DNA of 64,000 bases. Source: Okamejei kenojei (Eukaryota). Shown piece by piece: positions 1-11,785 of the stretch. The notes under the pieces are model-generated. The model had not been told where the DNA came from and made no database searches. It was given only the letters and a program-made list of their open reading frames with translations. Made by a program: the position numbers and the translations under genes. Where the stretch lies: assembly GCA_035221665.1 (NCBI GenBank), contig CM069159.1:19530001-19594000 (forward strand), in the 5' to 3' direction. Each line of letters begins with the position of its first letter. Positions within the stretch are counted from its first letter, which is position 1.

Positions 1-132
1 ATTTATTTGTTTCTCTTACATCTGGACTGGGTGAGTTTTTCCAACATTTTGGTTCATGTTTCAGGTTTTAACATCTGTAGTTTTATGCATTAACTTCCTT
101 AACTTTCTTCATTCAACTTAGTAAAATTCCAC

Positions 133-163
133 CTTCTTCAATCTTTCTGCAAGAACTGCATTC
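133..163 (-). CDS. Candidate cytoplasmic mini-exon of VJ-C1 gene (ECSSCRKIEE)
   Basis: tgttttag acceptor and AAG|gtggaa donor; 31 nt; phase 0 start fits the TM exon if that exon is corrected for a 1-nt indel. Confidence 0.35.
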
Positions 164-203
164 CTAAAACACTGTAATTATTCAAACAAATGTTTTTTCT
201 CGC

Positions 204-332
204 CTCTAGATCCTTGCTGAAATGGATAGCTAGAAATGTCCACCATGTTCCAGCTAACTCAATAATTGAGATTGAGAAAAGCATTGTTGAAATTTGTTAC
301 CAGATAGAAGTATTTGCTATGTGGTCCATGGA
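204..332 (-). pseudogene. Candidate transmembrane exon of VJ-C1 gene with 1-nt frameshift
   Basis: gatttatag acceptor, phase 1 after C1. Reads FHGPHSKYFYLVT, then after a 1-nt shift ISTMLFSISIIELAGTWWTFLAIHFSKDLE. Donor is GAG|gcgaga (GC). The uncorrected frame stops early. Confidence 0.45.
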
Positions 333-872
333 CTATAAATCTTTGCAGGAATCAATAGGAGTGACAACATGCCTCATTGGGTGATGTTCTATCCCATTGT
401 CACCAGCCATGCTGTTTCGCTACATTTACAACATTGCATAGCTATCAGCATGGATTACTCACCAGGTAGGTCCCATTCAAAAATAATTAATTACAAACTG
501 TTAACTCTCAATCATCAGCAATGTCCATGAAAAGTAATGTTGGCATTGTTATCCTATGGAACGTGCTCACTTGTAGCCTACACCCTAGTGCTTAGTTTGG
601 ATTTTGATAGAACCACTTCATTTCACACCACATCCTGGCCAAATTTTCTAAGACTACAAGATCCAGAAGACCTTCACTACAGTCAATGTGAAAAACAGTC
701 AAAGCTGCATTTCAGACTGAATAAATCAAGGTGGGAGGACAGTTTAATGATGTATCCATTTCTGACATTACCTAGTTATTTAAAAGGCTAGGTGAAATAC
801 TTAGAACTTAGCCCATGTCCATGGTATGTAATTGGAAATTGTAATGAAAGAGCATAAAATAAACATACTTAC

Positions 873-1199
873 AATTAACATTGAGTGTTATGTGTTGCAT
901 TGTCCACTCTTTGCTTGTTGCATGAAGGACCTGACAAGTACAAACTGTCCTGTGGTCTTGCAAGGTGGGAGTAAAACTAATTTGACTTGTTGCGTTAAAT
1001 GAGCCATCAGAGTTCCTGGAGGGGGAGAGTTTTGTGGTAATATTAACATCTGGTTTTGTAGCTTGAGTGTTGTGAAGAAGTTGCCATCGCATTGTGATGT
1101 TCTCAGGATAAAATCCCCATGCATGGCAGTACAAAACAGATGCTTTCTCTGCTATTAAATCTCCCTGAGTCATTAGAATTTTTGGTGTAGATTCTGGGA
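873..1199 (-). CDS. Ig C1-set domain exon (tapasin/SIRP/MHC/antigen-receptor-type C1)
   Basis: VPESTPKI..LYCHAWGFYPENITMRW..NSDGSFNATSQISFTP..CQVLHAT; ttgttacag acceptor and T|gtaagt donor; 327 nt, phase 1-1, open frame. Confidence 0.9.
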
Positions 1200-1320
1200 C
1201 TGTAACAAATAACATGAAACAAAGTTATATGCTGCGCTATATACTTACATACTTATCCTTTCGTGCTAAATTTAAAAAAAACAAAGCATGTTAATTAGCA
1301 TTTGTCCACTTAATGTATAT

Positions 1321-1415
1321 AGGTCTGAAGAAGGGTCTTGACCTGAAACATCACCCATTCCTTCTCTCCAGAGATGCTGCCTGTCCCCCTGTGTTACATC
1401 AGCTTGTGTGTCTAT
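1321..1415 (+). repeat. Penelope-derived short repeat with degenerate hammerhead core
   Basis: ggtctgaagaagggtcttgacctgaaacatcaccc followed by the family tail gatgctgcctgtccc. Confidence 0.65.
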
Positions 1416-2252
1416 CTTTAATGTAAAAAGCAATTCCACTTCAGTAAGTGTGAATCAGAAATATTATTTTTACCTGGTGATAACCAATGTCTTGTAGACC
1501 CACATAAAAGCCTTTCCATGAGTGTTATAAATTGTATTGTTAATTGTTAACTTGGACACAGAGCATGACCTACTCTGCTTTGGCCCCCTTTGGTTATGGC
1601 TGACTTTGGGTGTCTCCAGGATGTCATTCCCTCTATGGGGACGCCTGTGCATGACTTTGTTTAACGTGGGGAGACTGTTGCACAGACAGCCACCCCACAG
1701 TCCTTGACAGATCTGGGTCAGGATCCAGTGGCATGGAGTCCAAGACGACCGGAGACCCTTTGCTACTGCAGCCTTCATCCGCCTTCCCAGCTGTTGTGAC
1801 GCTCCCAAAATGTCAGCCATCATCCTCCGCCTGTTCCACTGTTGAGGACTTGGTTGGATTGCTCCTTGCCCACTATTGTTTTTGATATAATCTATATTAA
1901 GCCAAAGACCTCTCAGGGCATATGTTGGAAGGGACACAAAAAGCTGGAGTAACTCAGTGGGTCAGACAACATCTCTGGAGAAGGAACAGGTGACATTTCG
2001 GGTCTTGACCTCTCAGGACCTTATTCACCATTCAGTTGTGAGTACTGAGGGGAGAAGTAAACAGAGCCAAGATCCTTTATGTCATGGGTTGGTCAACTGT
2101 TCAGGAGAGGGGGAGTAGAGTTAGGGCCAAGGAAGGAATAATTGTCGAGATCTCTGTAGGAAGCAGAACAAATTGACAGTGATCCATTTTTCCAGAACAA
2201 ATAATAGAGAGTTGTTATGCAGGAATAGACAGAGTACAAGTTATATATTTAA

Positions 2253-2324
2253 CCTGTTTAGTGCCACCCCCGAGTATACTTGGGTCATTGGCCAAAAGTG
2301 AAAACAAACTTGGCAGTGAACAGG
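2253..2324. mobile_element. 72-bp piggyBac-like MITE
   Basis: TTAA on both sides (2249-2252, 2325-2328); imperfect TIRs cctgtttagtgcca / tggcagtgaacagg. Confidence 0.55.
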
Positions 2325-3312
2325 TTAAACAGAGATGCATTTTACATAAGAGATGGATTTAACAATTGTTGGTGACCTGAAACTGAACACCCAGGATTAG
2401 AATGTGACAAGGAAACCAGAGATATGTCCAAAAAGAAAGTGCAACATTCTTGGATGAAGATACTGCAGAAGGATGAGGAAGGGATGTGGCAGTCTTGATG
2501 AAGGGGGTCAGTACATTGCAGGAGAGAGAGAATAATCTGCCAAGGAGAAGAGAAAAATGTAAAGACCATGGTAAGAATCTTTCAGACTTTGTAGATTAAG
2601 CAGTGATGAATGAGAATTTTGGAGGCGGTTATAGAGTTATAGTGCTGTATAGAATGGAAATAAGCCCTTTGGCCCACCATACCCATTCCCGACAAGGTTA
2701 GGATTTGGATCTAGTCCCATTTGCTTGCAGCTTACAACCTAAGTGTATGTGCACATAGGTATCTAACCTGCAAACTACTAAATTATTCAGTAGATTACTG
2801 AATATAAATAGTAAGATTAAACGAGACCTTACCAGTTTGAAGTTTGATCTTTATTTTATAAGGAGTTACGTTGGTGATTACGTGAAGAAGTCCCGCCAGT
2901 TCGCATGCGCATCAATCTTCAAAGCAGCGGTGTGAAAACACAAATAACAGTTATCAAAGTAACATAGTAAGATGAGCAACTTGAGAACTACCAGATGACC
3001 TTTGTGAGAGAGGGTTGGACGTGGAGGGCACGTAATCACCAACGTTACGTCTTATAAAATAAAGATCAAACTTCAAACTGGTAGGTTCTCGTTTAATCTT
3101 ACTATTTTACTTTGGAGTCACACGAGTGATTCCATGAAGGGTTCAAAGCTTCGTGATTTCATGCCGCAGATTCAAATCCCGGCTTCTCACTGCATTGATT
3201 GACTCGGAATGAGAAATAATCAATAATGCATTAATGTTGACATTGCATTAAATGCAGTAACAAATTTATTTGAATAACAAAAGAACAGTAACCCCTCTAA
3301 CACAGGGGGAAC

Positions 3313-4286
3313 TTAAACAGAACATAATACGGTATTAGCAAACAGCCCCGGATCGGCAATCGGACGATAGTAGAAATGTTGAAAAGCCAACTCATTTGAC
3401 CACCCGGCGGCTGCGAGAATATGGTCGATGGGCACGTCTATCGCCCTTGCCACCGACGTTGCTGCTGCCCTAGTGAAATAAGATGTAAAAACATCAGTGT
3501 TAATACCTGCATCAACCAATACTTATTTCAACCACCTCGAGATAGTCTGTACTGACACTCTTTGTGTGGCTTCCTGTAACTGATAAACAATCCTGTTTCC
3601 ATATTTCGTAAGGCCCTCGTAGCTTCAATGTATTGCAGCAAATGTGTCTTTACACATAGACATGGATCCATGGGATATGCCGAAAAAACAATCTTGAACC
3701 CTGTCACACCTGGCCTGCTCTGTTTGAGTAGGTCATAAATGTAGAACGTAACATTATCTGCAGCCACTTCCATTCTGTCTAGCTGCAGCTTTTGCAATGT
3801 CTGCACTCGTTGTGCTGATACCCGAGCCATGAGCATGACCACCTTCATGGTGACTTTGGCCAAAGTCAGAGTTGTGTCAGGGGTCCACTGACGAAGCAGC
3901 TTGAGGACCAAGCTTACATCCCAGATTGCCATATACCTGGGTTTAGGAGGTCTGGAGTTAAAAATTCCTTTCACCAATCGAGAAACGAGAGGATGAGACC
4001 CAATAGGATGTTCTTCTGACCCCATCAATAAGTACGAAGACAATGCACTTCTAGCTGAATTGATCGCACTATAACTCAACCCCTCATCGTAATGGAGTGT
4101 TGACAGAAACTCTAGAATATGCAAAATACCTGCCGTACAATATTCAATATTATTTTGTACACAGAAAACTTCCCATTTTTTAACATCAGAAATATACTGC
4201 TTTTGAGTACCCATCCTCCAGGCTGCAGTGATCATGTCCACAGTTCGCCCAGACAGTCCTCGTCCCAGATATGGCCTTCTTAAAAC
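3313..4286 (-). pseudogene. DIRS copy 1 tyrosine recombinase (frameshifted near 3530)
   Basis: SAINSARSALS, QRVQTL (catalytic R), KQSRPG, (H)STRAAATS-like, AAGWSNE..F..FY motifs; ORF begins at a cag splice acceptor with no ATG at its start. Confidence 0.9.
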
Positions 4287-7026
4287 CTGCAAATTAACAA
4301 ATCAATACGGTCATATAACGGATGCCATTCGCCAGTTACCAGGTGCACCAGTAAATCCCTTCGTTTGGGAACAGCCATCAGGGGTTGTATCATCAACTCC
4401 AATATCAAAGGGAACCATGGCTGAGTAGGCCAGTCACCCCTGAAGTGGCATCCTGCTTGATTTTAAGCAGACACCGACTTATGAGACAGAATGGTGGAAA
4501 TGCATATATAAACATACCACCCCAATGTAGCGAGAAAGCGTCAGTTGCTACTGCCCCAGGATCTGGTTCCCATTACACATATTTAGGTAGCTGGTGGTTG
4601 AGTCTGGATGCGAACAAGTCGATATCTGGCCTTCCATATTTGACAACTATATCATTGAATACGTTCTGATTCAACATCCATTCTGTGTTGTCATGGAGTT
4701 TTCGTGACCTGGTGTCTGCTACTATATTGAATCTACCTGGTAGATAAATAGCTGAAAGCCAAATATTGTTGTCAATACTCCAGGTCCAGAATTGATTAGC
4801 CAGTTTGTCACAAGATGCCGACTTGATTCCACTCATGTGATTAACATACACCACTGCCGTAGTGTTGTCAATTTGAAGCCTAACATGCAGGTTAGTTGTG
4901 TTAGAACAATAAGCCTTGAGTCCATAAAAAACTGCCAAAAGCTCTAAGTAGTTAATTCCCCATGTCTGCAGAAGCAATGGCTCTTCCGCATTCCATCTGC
5001 CTCCACAGCTGGAGCTCGTATCAGTGGCACCCCACCCTAGTGCAATGACATCAGTCTGTAAGACCATGGAAGGCTGTTCAATCACTACTTTGCGGAACTA
5101 CTGGAGACATGCTGAATCCACCACTGCAGGTCAGTAACAGCATCTGCTGATAACTGCATGGGCCTATTATAATGGCCCGAATGTATCCTGAGTGCCTGTT
5201 CCTTTGCCCTCTGTAACTACTTGTAGTGCAAAGGCCCATACTGAACTTCCGGAAAAGCTGCCACCAGTTTTCTGAGCAGGCTGGCCACCTGTCTATTTGA
5301 AGGTTGTTGCTCCTTCAAAAGCTTAATGCAACCATCAATTAGTTCCACTATTTTCTCCCTGGGCCACTAACATGTGAATTGAATCAATTGTGAAACCCAA
5401 ATAGTCAATTGTTGTAAGTGGTGTTAATTTGGATTTCTCTGGATGAATGATAAACCCCAATTTTTCAAAAGTGAATGTAACAACTGCCACAGATGCTTCA
5501 GCTAATTCATTTGTTTGTCCTATAATTAAGATATCATCCAGATAAGCCATAACCACATGACCCTGGGCTCTAAGTAGCCCCTATACTGGCTTTAACAATT
5601 TAGTAAATATTCTCGGAGCTGAAGTTAACCCATTAGGCAGTGCCTTGAATTGGCATAATTGATTAATCCAGGTAAATTTCAAATGCTTTCTATCTACCAA
5701 ATGAATAGACACTGAGTAATATGCATCTTTCAGATCTATAGTTGCCATATAACATCATCTGGAAAGCAGTTGCTTGGCAGGAACAAATGTTTCCATTTTG
5801 AAGTGTCTATACTGTACAAAAGGGTTAAGACTTGTCAGATGCAAAATAATTCTACATCCTCCGTCCTTATTTGGTCGGGGAAAAATATTTGACTTGGTGA
5901 ACCGACCTCTCAATTACTACTTTATTACACAAATGTTCAAGTTCAGCCTGAACCTCCATTACTTCCATTTGTGAAAAATTGAGTGTTCTGCTAGGAACAT
6001 GCTGGAGGGGCAAATCACCATTTGGATCGAACTCAATTCGAAACCCTTGAATAATACTCATGATAAATGGATCTGAGGTAATTTGCTTCCTTTCCTCATG
6101 GAACAGATGTAATCTAACCCCAACTTTCGGCTGTGTTGTACTTAATATGTTCCCATGAGAACCAGGCCCACCTAACTCCTTGGTAACTGGTGTGACCTGC
6201 TGTCCCCAGTTCCTGGCGGGAAGCCACACGTTTATCCGTGTTCCCGCTGTAGAGTACCAACTGCGCATCTGCGGCGACGGCCGACCTGTTCCTGGTGTAG
6301 ACCCGGAATCTGCACCTCTTCTGTAGGGATACCTTCTCCTCACAGATTTGCCGACGATCGGTGTCTTAATCAAGCCCACCGTTTTTGCTTCGTCATCCAA
6401 CTCCTTCACGCGATTCGCGAGGTCCTCCCCAAAGAGTAGGTTGGGTGGCTGCACATTGGTGGGCTTGCAGAGCGCTGCAAACTTAGGGTTGATGCACTCT
6501 TCCTGAGACAATTGATCTCAAAGTGGGCGCTGCACAGCAACTCTAGTGCCTCTTGATGCGTCTCCGACAGATGCCCTCCATCCATTGTTCTAGCGAATGC
6601 CGTGATTCCTGAACCCAGCAGCTCCAGGATTCTCTGCAGCTTTATTTCCTGGGCACGCATGCGCACGCCCATCTGACCCCATATCACCTGGTTTACTGCT
6701 GGTACCTTTAGCAACACGCAGTTCCTTGGGGTCTCGTGCGTATGCAACAGGTGCTCCATTTGGGATAACCGTTCAAAAACAGTGTCCAGCTCCGGAGGGG
6801 AATCTTCCCGGCCCGACTCCCCCGATTCCGTGGGCCTGACAGACTTGTGCATTGCCTTACTCCTGACTGGCGCAGGCTCCGTGCTTTGCAGCACAAAGTC
6901 TGCAGTCGCCCCGCTCCCAGCCGGCGACTGTGCACGGGTATGAGGCAGCCGTTCACAGACCGCACTCCCTCAGCTGTCTACGGATTTTGCTCCGGCTCGC
7001 CTCTTCCCCTTGCCCGTCTTGTCCAT
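4280..7026 (-). pseudogene. DIRS copy 1 gag-pol (gag, RT, RNase H, N6-adenine MTase-like), several frameshifts
   Basis: caccATGG start at 7026; ORFs 6406-6894, 5867-6511, 5335-5556, 4573-5085; gag reads into the RT N-terminus in one frame. Confidence 0.9.
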
Positions 7027-7984
7027 GGTGCTACCTAAAGAGAAACAACACGGCACCACAGCAAAACGGACTCGAACTCTAGCTAAGTTTTTCCCACTTA
7101 CCTGGAGTCTAAATACTTACCGCTGGAGGAGCTCTGTTCCTTCCAGCCTCCGTGCGCCAATGCGGCTGACGTAATGACGTGCATGCGCACTGGCGGGACT
7201 TCTTCACGGAATCACTCACGTGATTCTGAAGTAAAATTTAACCTAAACAAGTATTGAAATATAGGCAATCCAAATATTTGGAAGAGTTGTATTTTAAGAA
7301 TTGTGAAGCCAGCTAATAGAGTCACACAGCGTGGAAACAGGCCCTTCGGCCCAACTTGCCCACGCTGACCTATATGCCCCATCTACACTGGTACCACCTG
7401 CCCGCACTTGGCCATTAACCCTCTAAACCCATCCTATCCATCCTGCCAATACCTGGAGCAGGTAATAATAATTAAAGAGGCACAAAATTAATTTCAGTGA
7501 TAGTCTTCATACCTAACCTATGATTCTTTGCATTAAAACTGCAGATGCTGGAGATCTGAGTTGAAAATAAAATTATTGTAAACGCTGAGCTAATCAGGCA
7601 GAATCTGTGGAAAAATAAACTTTAATTGTTTCTCTTAACACAGTTGTAACCTATGCTGCTCAGTGTTTCTACCTTGGAGAAGAACTTTATTTTATGATCC
7701 CTTTACCTTGGCTACATAACTGCACAGACTTCATTTGACAGAAACATTCAACATGGGTAAATTACTTATTCTTCTTCTTGGTTGGAATGAATTACAATTA
7801 ATTAGCCCGACTTCCCATGGAACGTGATTAATCTATATCAGTGTATCTAAATGTGGTATGATATGTAACTATAATCAATACACATATTATAGGAGCTGCA
7901 TTTCTGCAGAATTATATAAATACTTTATCATAAACCTGTATAGTGTAGAGACTGGAGATCATCATAGTATTGCAAATACTTTAC

Positions 7985-8322
7985 CATAAACCCATATTCG
8001 TGTTCCTTGGCCCTTTTCATGAATTGGAGGGAAGACATTTAGTACATTCACCTCACAAGTATATGTGTAAACAGAGTGACCAAACGATACATTTTCAATC
8101 TTCAGTGATACCGTACAGTGTTTGAAACCATCCCAGAGGGGGTGAGGATTGCAGAGCTTTTGTAAGTAGCATCAGCCCCTTTCGGCGATGTCCGATACCA
8201 GGAAACACGGAGCCAGGCATCCACACTTGCATTATAAGTAAATGTACAGTTTAACGTGACGGATTGGTTGCTCCATACACTGACCAGGCGTGGCTGGGTC
8301 AACTCTGTGATCAACGGAACTC
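7985..8322 (-). pseudogene. Ig V-set exon with germline-joined J-like G strand (NKp30/CD28/TMIGD2-like); 1-nt frameshift
   Basis: GVPLITELTQPRLVSVWSNQSVTLNCTF..LRVSWYR..[shift near 8130]..GFKHCTVSLKIENVSFGHSVYTYTCEVNVLNVFPPIHEKGQGTRIWVY; ttccatcag acceptor and G|gtaaag donor; 338 nt, one short of a symmetric phase-1 exon. Confidence 0.85.
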
Positions 8323-9036
8323 CTGATGGAACATAAATAAATTTGTTATTTTTACTTCCATTAATAATCCCGCAGAAGCTCACTTTAAACAACACCAGTG
8401 TGCGGGGATCATTGATCAGCGCGAACCTGGTGGGCCAAAGGGCCTGTTTCCAAACTGTATCTCTAAATTAAACTAAACTAAACTAAACTAAACTTAACTA
8501 AAAGCAATGCTGAACTGGAGACAAAAACAGAATGCTGGCAGAACTCAGTGGGTCAAGCAGCATCTCGGGAGGCTGAAGGTATAATATGTTTTGGGTGAGT
8601 CCCTGTAGGGGGGGATTAGAAAAGATGACCAATATGTAGCAGGATGTGGGAGAATGGGATGGGGATTAGTTGGCAACAGTTAGAACCAGATGGGGAGCAG
8701 GGAATGTGCAAATGGATCAATGGGTGGGGTGGATGAGATGAAAGCAGATGGGGGAAGAGGGCCTAAATTTAACATTGGCTTTCCATTGCATCAATTATTT
8801 TTTAAATATATAATTGTGCATTTTTTTTAATTTATCGTACATTTTTATTTTATTGGATTATTAATTTTTGATGTCCATTTATTGAAATGAAGCCATTTTT
8901 AATTATTTGGTATATTGAATGGAGATGCATGAATTGGGGTATAAAGTATTCATTAGATAACTGATTATAAAAGTAACCTAAACAAGTATTGAACTATAAG
9001 GCAATCTGAATATTTGAGAGAGTTGTATTTTAATAA

Positions 9037-10678
9037 CTAGACTAAGCGGGACCTGTTGGGTCCCAGTTACACGGGAGGCCTGGTCTCCCAATGCAACCTG
9101 TTCCCCAATGCAATATTCCACCACTCATCCGTTCCCACAATGCAGCCCGTCCCCCCAACGCAATATTGCACCACTCATGCATAGCCCCCAACTGCTCAGG
9201 CATGGCTCATTTCCCCTCATCACTAGGCAGTCCCTCCCCCTCCTCTTCACCCTCCCTCTTCTTTCCACTCTCCTCCTCCCCTCTCCAATCCCTGCCTCAC
9301 CTCTCCTTCCCTCTCCTTTCCCCTACCCTCAGTCATTCCCTCCCTCCATAACCCCCTCTCCAATCCTCTCTACCCCTCAATCCCCTACTCCTCACATCCC
9401 CTATCCCCCCCCCACCTGACCTCCCCACTGCCCTCCACTACCTCTATTCCCCACTCCCTATCTTCTCCACTCCTCTCCATCTATTCCCCCTCCTCCCCCA
9501 TTCTCCTCACTTTCCCCCTCTCCCTCCCTACCCTTCCTCTCCCACAATCCACCCACTCTCCCCCCTCACCTCCGCAGGATCTTTCCCCTCTCCTCCTCCC
9601 CTCCCCCAATCCCTCCCTCACCTCTCCCTCCCTCTCCTTTCCCCCACCCTCAGTCACTCCCTGCCTCCATCCATAAAAAGCAGAATCTGCAGTTCCTTCC
9701 TCCACAGGTCATTCATTGTCAGCTGTGGTTTAGATCCTGTTGACTCGACGATTGGACCAGTTTGCATCGTTTGTGTGTGTTACTCAAACTCCACGTGAAC
9801 TGCTCGGCCACCCTGCAACCTGACTTTCCAACCCTCCCTCTGCCCACTCCGGCTCAGCCGCCGCTCGGCACATTCCCATCCTGTCCGACCACCCGCTGCT
9901 GCCGCTCGGCCCATCCCGTCCCGTCCCCGCCCTGCCCTCCCACTACTGTCCCTGCCCACCCACTATTTTTTTTCTCACCAATATGTAATTACTGATTCTG
10001 TTCTATTCTGTTTTGTAGTTTTTGCACAATCCGCAAGCATTGTCACCTTCATTTCACTGCACATCACGTATGCGTATGTGACAAATAAACTTGACTTGAC
10101 CACCTGCCTGCCTGCTCGCTGCCGCCGCTGGGCCTCTGGGTCACAGGTCGGGGAGAGAATGGAGTTGCTGTTCGTCAAAGTAGGCACAACGAGTTTTTGA
10201 TCAGCTGGTGGGGAAGATCTCCTCTGAGAAAGCCGTGAGGGTGAGTTACAGGAGGTGACGGACCCTGGGGGGGGGGACCGCCATTGCCACAGAGGGTGGG
10301 CGGGGGAGAGGTGTGAGTGATGAGGGAGAGAGAGACGGGGCCAGGGCCTTCCACTGGGTCTCCACTGCCACCACCGGTGGTGGGGGAGACGATAGACAAG
10401 TTACTGTGTGGAGGGGAGAGAGGAGTTTGTGAATGAGGTGGGACAGGCCGCCGCTGGTGGGGCAGGTGTGGTTTTAAAGATTTTTCAACCCCGATAACTT
10501 TTACAATATACTACCGATCGGAACGAAACTTGTGGCAATCGCAGCACAGGAGAACAGTGAGTAACCTGGCGTAAACTATCGTGTGCTGTTTTTGTGCAAA
10601 TATAACACCCGCGCAAACCGGAAGAACACAAGATCAGAGTTTTAGTTATGCATAGATAGAAAATAGATAGAAGATAGA
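9037..10678 (-). mobile_element. Non-autonomous Helitron with C/T-rich low-complexity interior
   Basis: Minus strand begins TC and ends with hairpin gggacccaacaggtccc then CTAG; A|T insertion; flanks rejoin to match the paralogous empty site near 7300. Confidence 0.7.
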
Positions 10679-10976
10679 TTGTAAAACAAACAAATACTTG
10701 ACACAAATGGAGTAGATACAAATAATGGAAGAAGGGTGTAGATGAATGGTACATAGAATGGGGACTGGGTAGCTGATGTGGCAAATAAAGTGGTTTACAG
10801 GAGGATCATTTTAGGATAAGATCCTTATTATTGGGGTGGACGCGTTGAATTAAAGGGTTTGTTTCCATGTTGTTTCACTCAACAGTATAACAAGTAAAAC
10901 TCACATTGCATCATCACCTATGATTCAGGTCAATTTTCTGAAACCTCTGTCTTCAGGAAAAGCCAATTTCTTCTTC

Positions 10977-11039
10977 CTTGTGGCAGACGGCACACAGCTC
11001 TGTGGAGAACTGAACAATCAGAAATGAACCTGTAGCCAT
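10977..11039 (-). pseudogene. Candidate signal-peptide exon of VJ-C1 gene (decayed donor)
   Basis: caaATGG start, MATGSFLIVQF..; ends CCACAAG|gaaga (gtaaga lacking T); homologous to a plus-strand copy at 46152-46204 that retains AG|gt. Confidence 0.35.
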
Positions 11040-11214
11040 TTGTATTGGGTAGAAGGCAAACGAAATGGACCTTAAGAGTGTCGGAAAGAACTGCAGATGC
11101 TGGTTTAAATCGAAGGTAAATACAAAATGCTGGGGTAACTCAGCGAGACAGATCTCTGGAGAGAAAAAATGTGTGACTGTTTCGGGTCGAGTCCCTTCTT
11201 CAGATATCAATTAG

Positions 11215-11785
11215 ACATTTCCTGCGCTGGTTTTTGAGGCAGTCAGTTATTTACCATTATTGGCATAAGTTCACTTTTATTTCAATTAATACTATATCCT
11301 GAAAATAATCCAAATTCAGATATTAATTTTAGTAAATTTGGGATACTAATTTCCGGCTTTGTAATATAAAGTATTACATCATCCGCATATAAAGAAATTT
11401 TAATTTCAGTATCTCTGGTGTCATATCCATATATTTCAGGATGTAATCTCACCCATTCAGCTAATGGTTCTATAGCAAGTGCAAACAGTAGCGGGGATAA
11501 AGGACAACCTTGTCGGCAGCCTCGAAATAGATTAAATTTAGTTGATAGCATTTGATTTGTTATTATTCTGGCTGTTGGATTAGTGCATAATAATTTAACC
11601 CAAGTAATAAACTTCTCTCCCAACTTAAAAGTTTCCATAACCGAAAACAAGTAAGACCATTTCACCTGGTCAAAGGCTTTCTCCGCATCTAACGAAATAA
11701 TTACTAGGTCTTTATTAATACCTCTTTTTGAATATATAATATTGTATAATCGTCTCAGGTTGTATGAGGAATATCGTTTTGGTAT
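11215..11785 (-). mobile_element. L1-clade LINE RT fragment
   Basis: DAEKAFDQV, GCRQGCPLSPLLF, LYADD; same family as 43455-45782. Confidence 0.9.

Larger units (their letters stand above)
2806..7237 (-). mobile_element. DIRS1-type tyrosine-recombinase retrotransposon, copy 1 (defective)
   Basis: gag, RT (YLDD), RNase H (DNTTAV), MTase-like and YR ORF fragments; inverted terminal repeats; internal complementary region ~3030-3138 matching both termini; no TSD. Confidence 0.95.

Noticed and set aside
7985-8322. Rearranging Ig/TCR V segment
   Set aside because: No heptamer/nonamer RSS; the J-like strand is contiguous and ends in a splice donor
9091-9995. Pro/Ser-rich and Gly/Glu-rich ORFs
   Set aside because: Translation of C/T low-complexity sequence inside a Helitron
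10953-11210. ORF ending ELCAVCHKEEEIGFS as a terminal exon
   Set aside because: The 5' half is a Penelope repeat; the rest is better explained as a decayed leader exon
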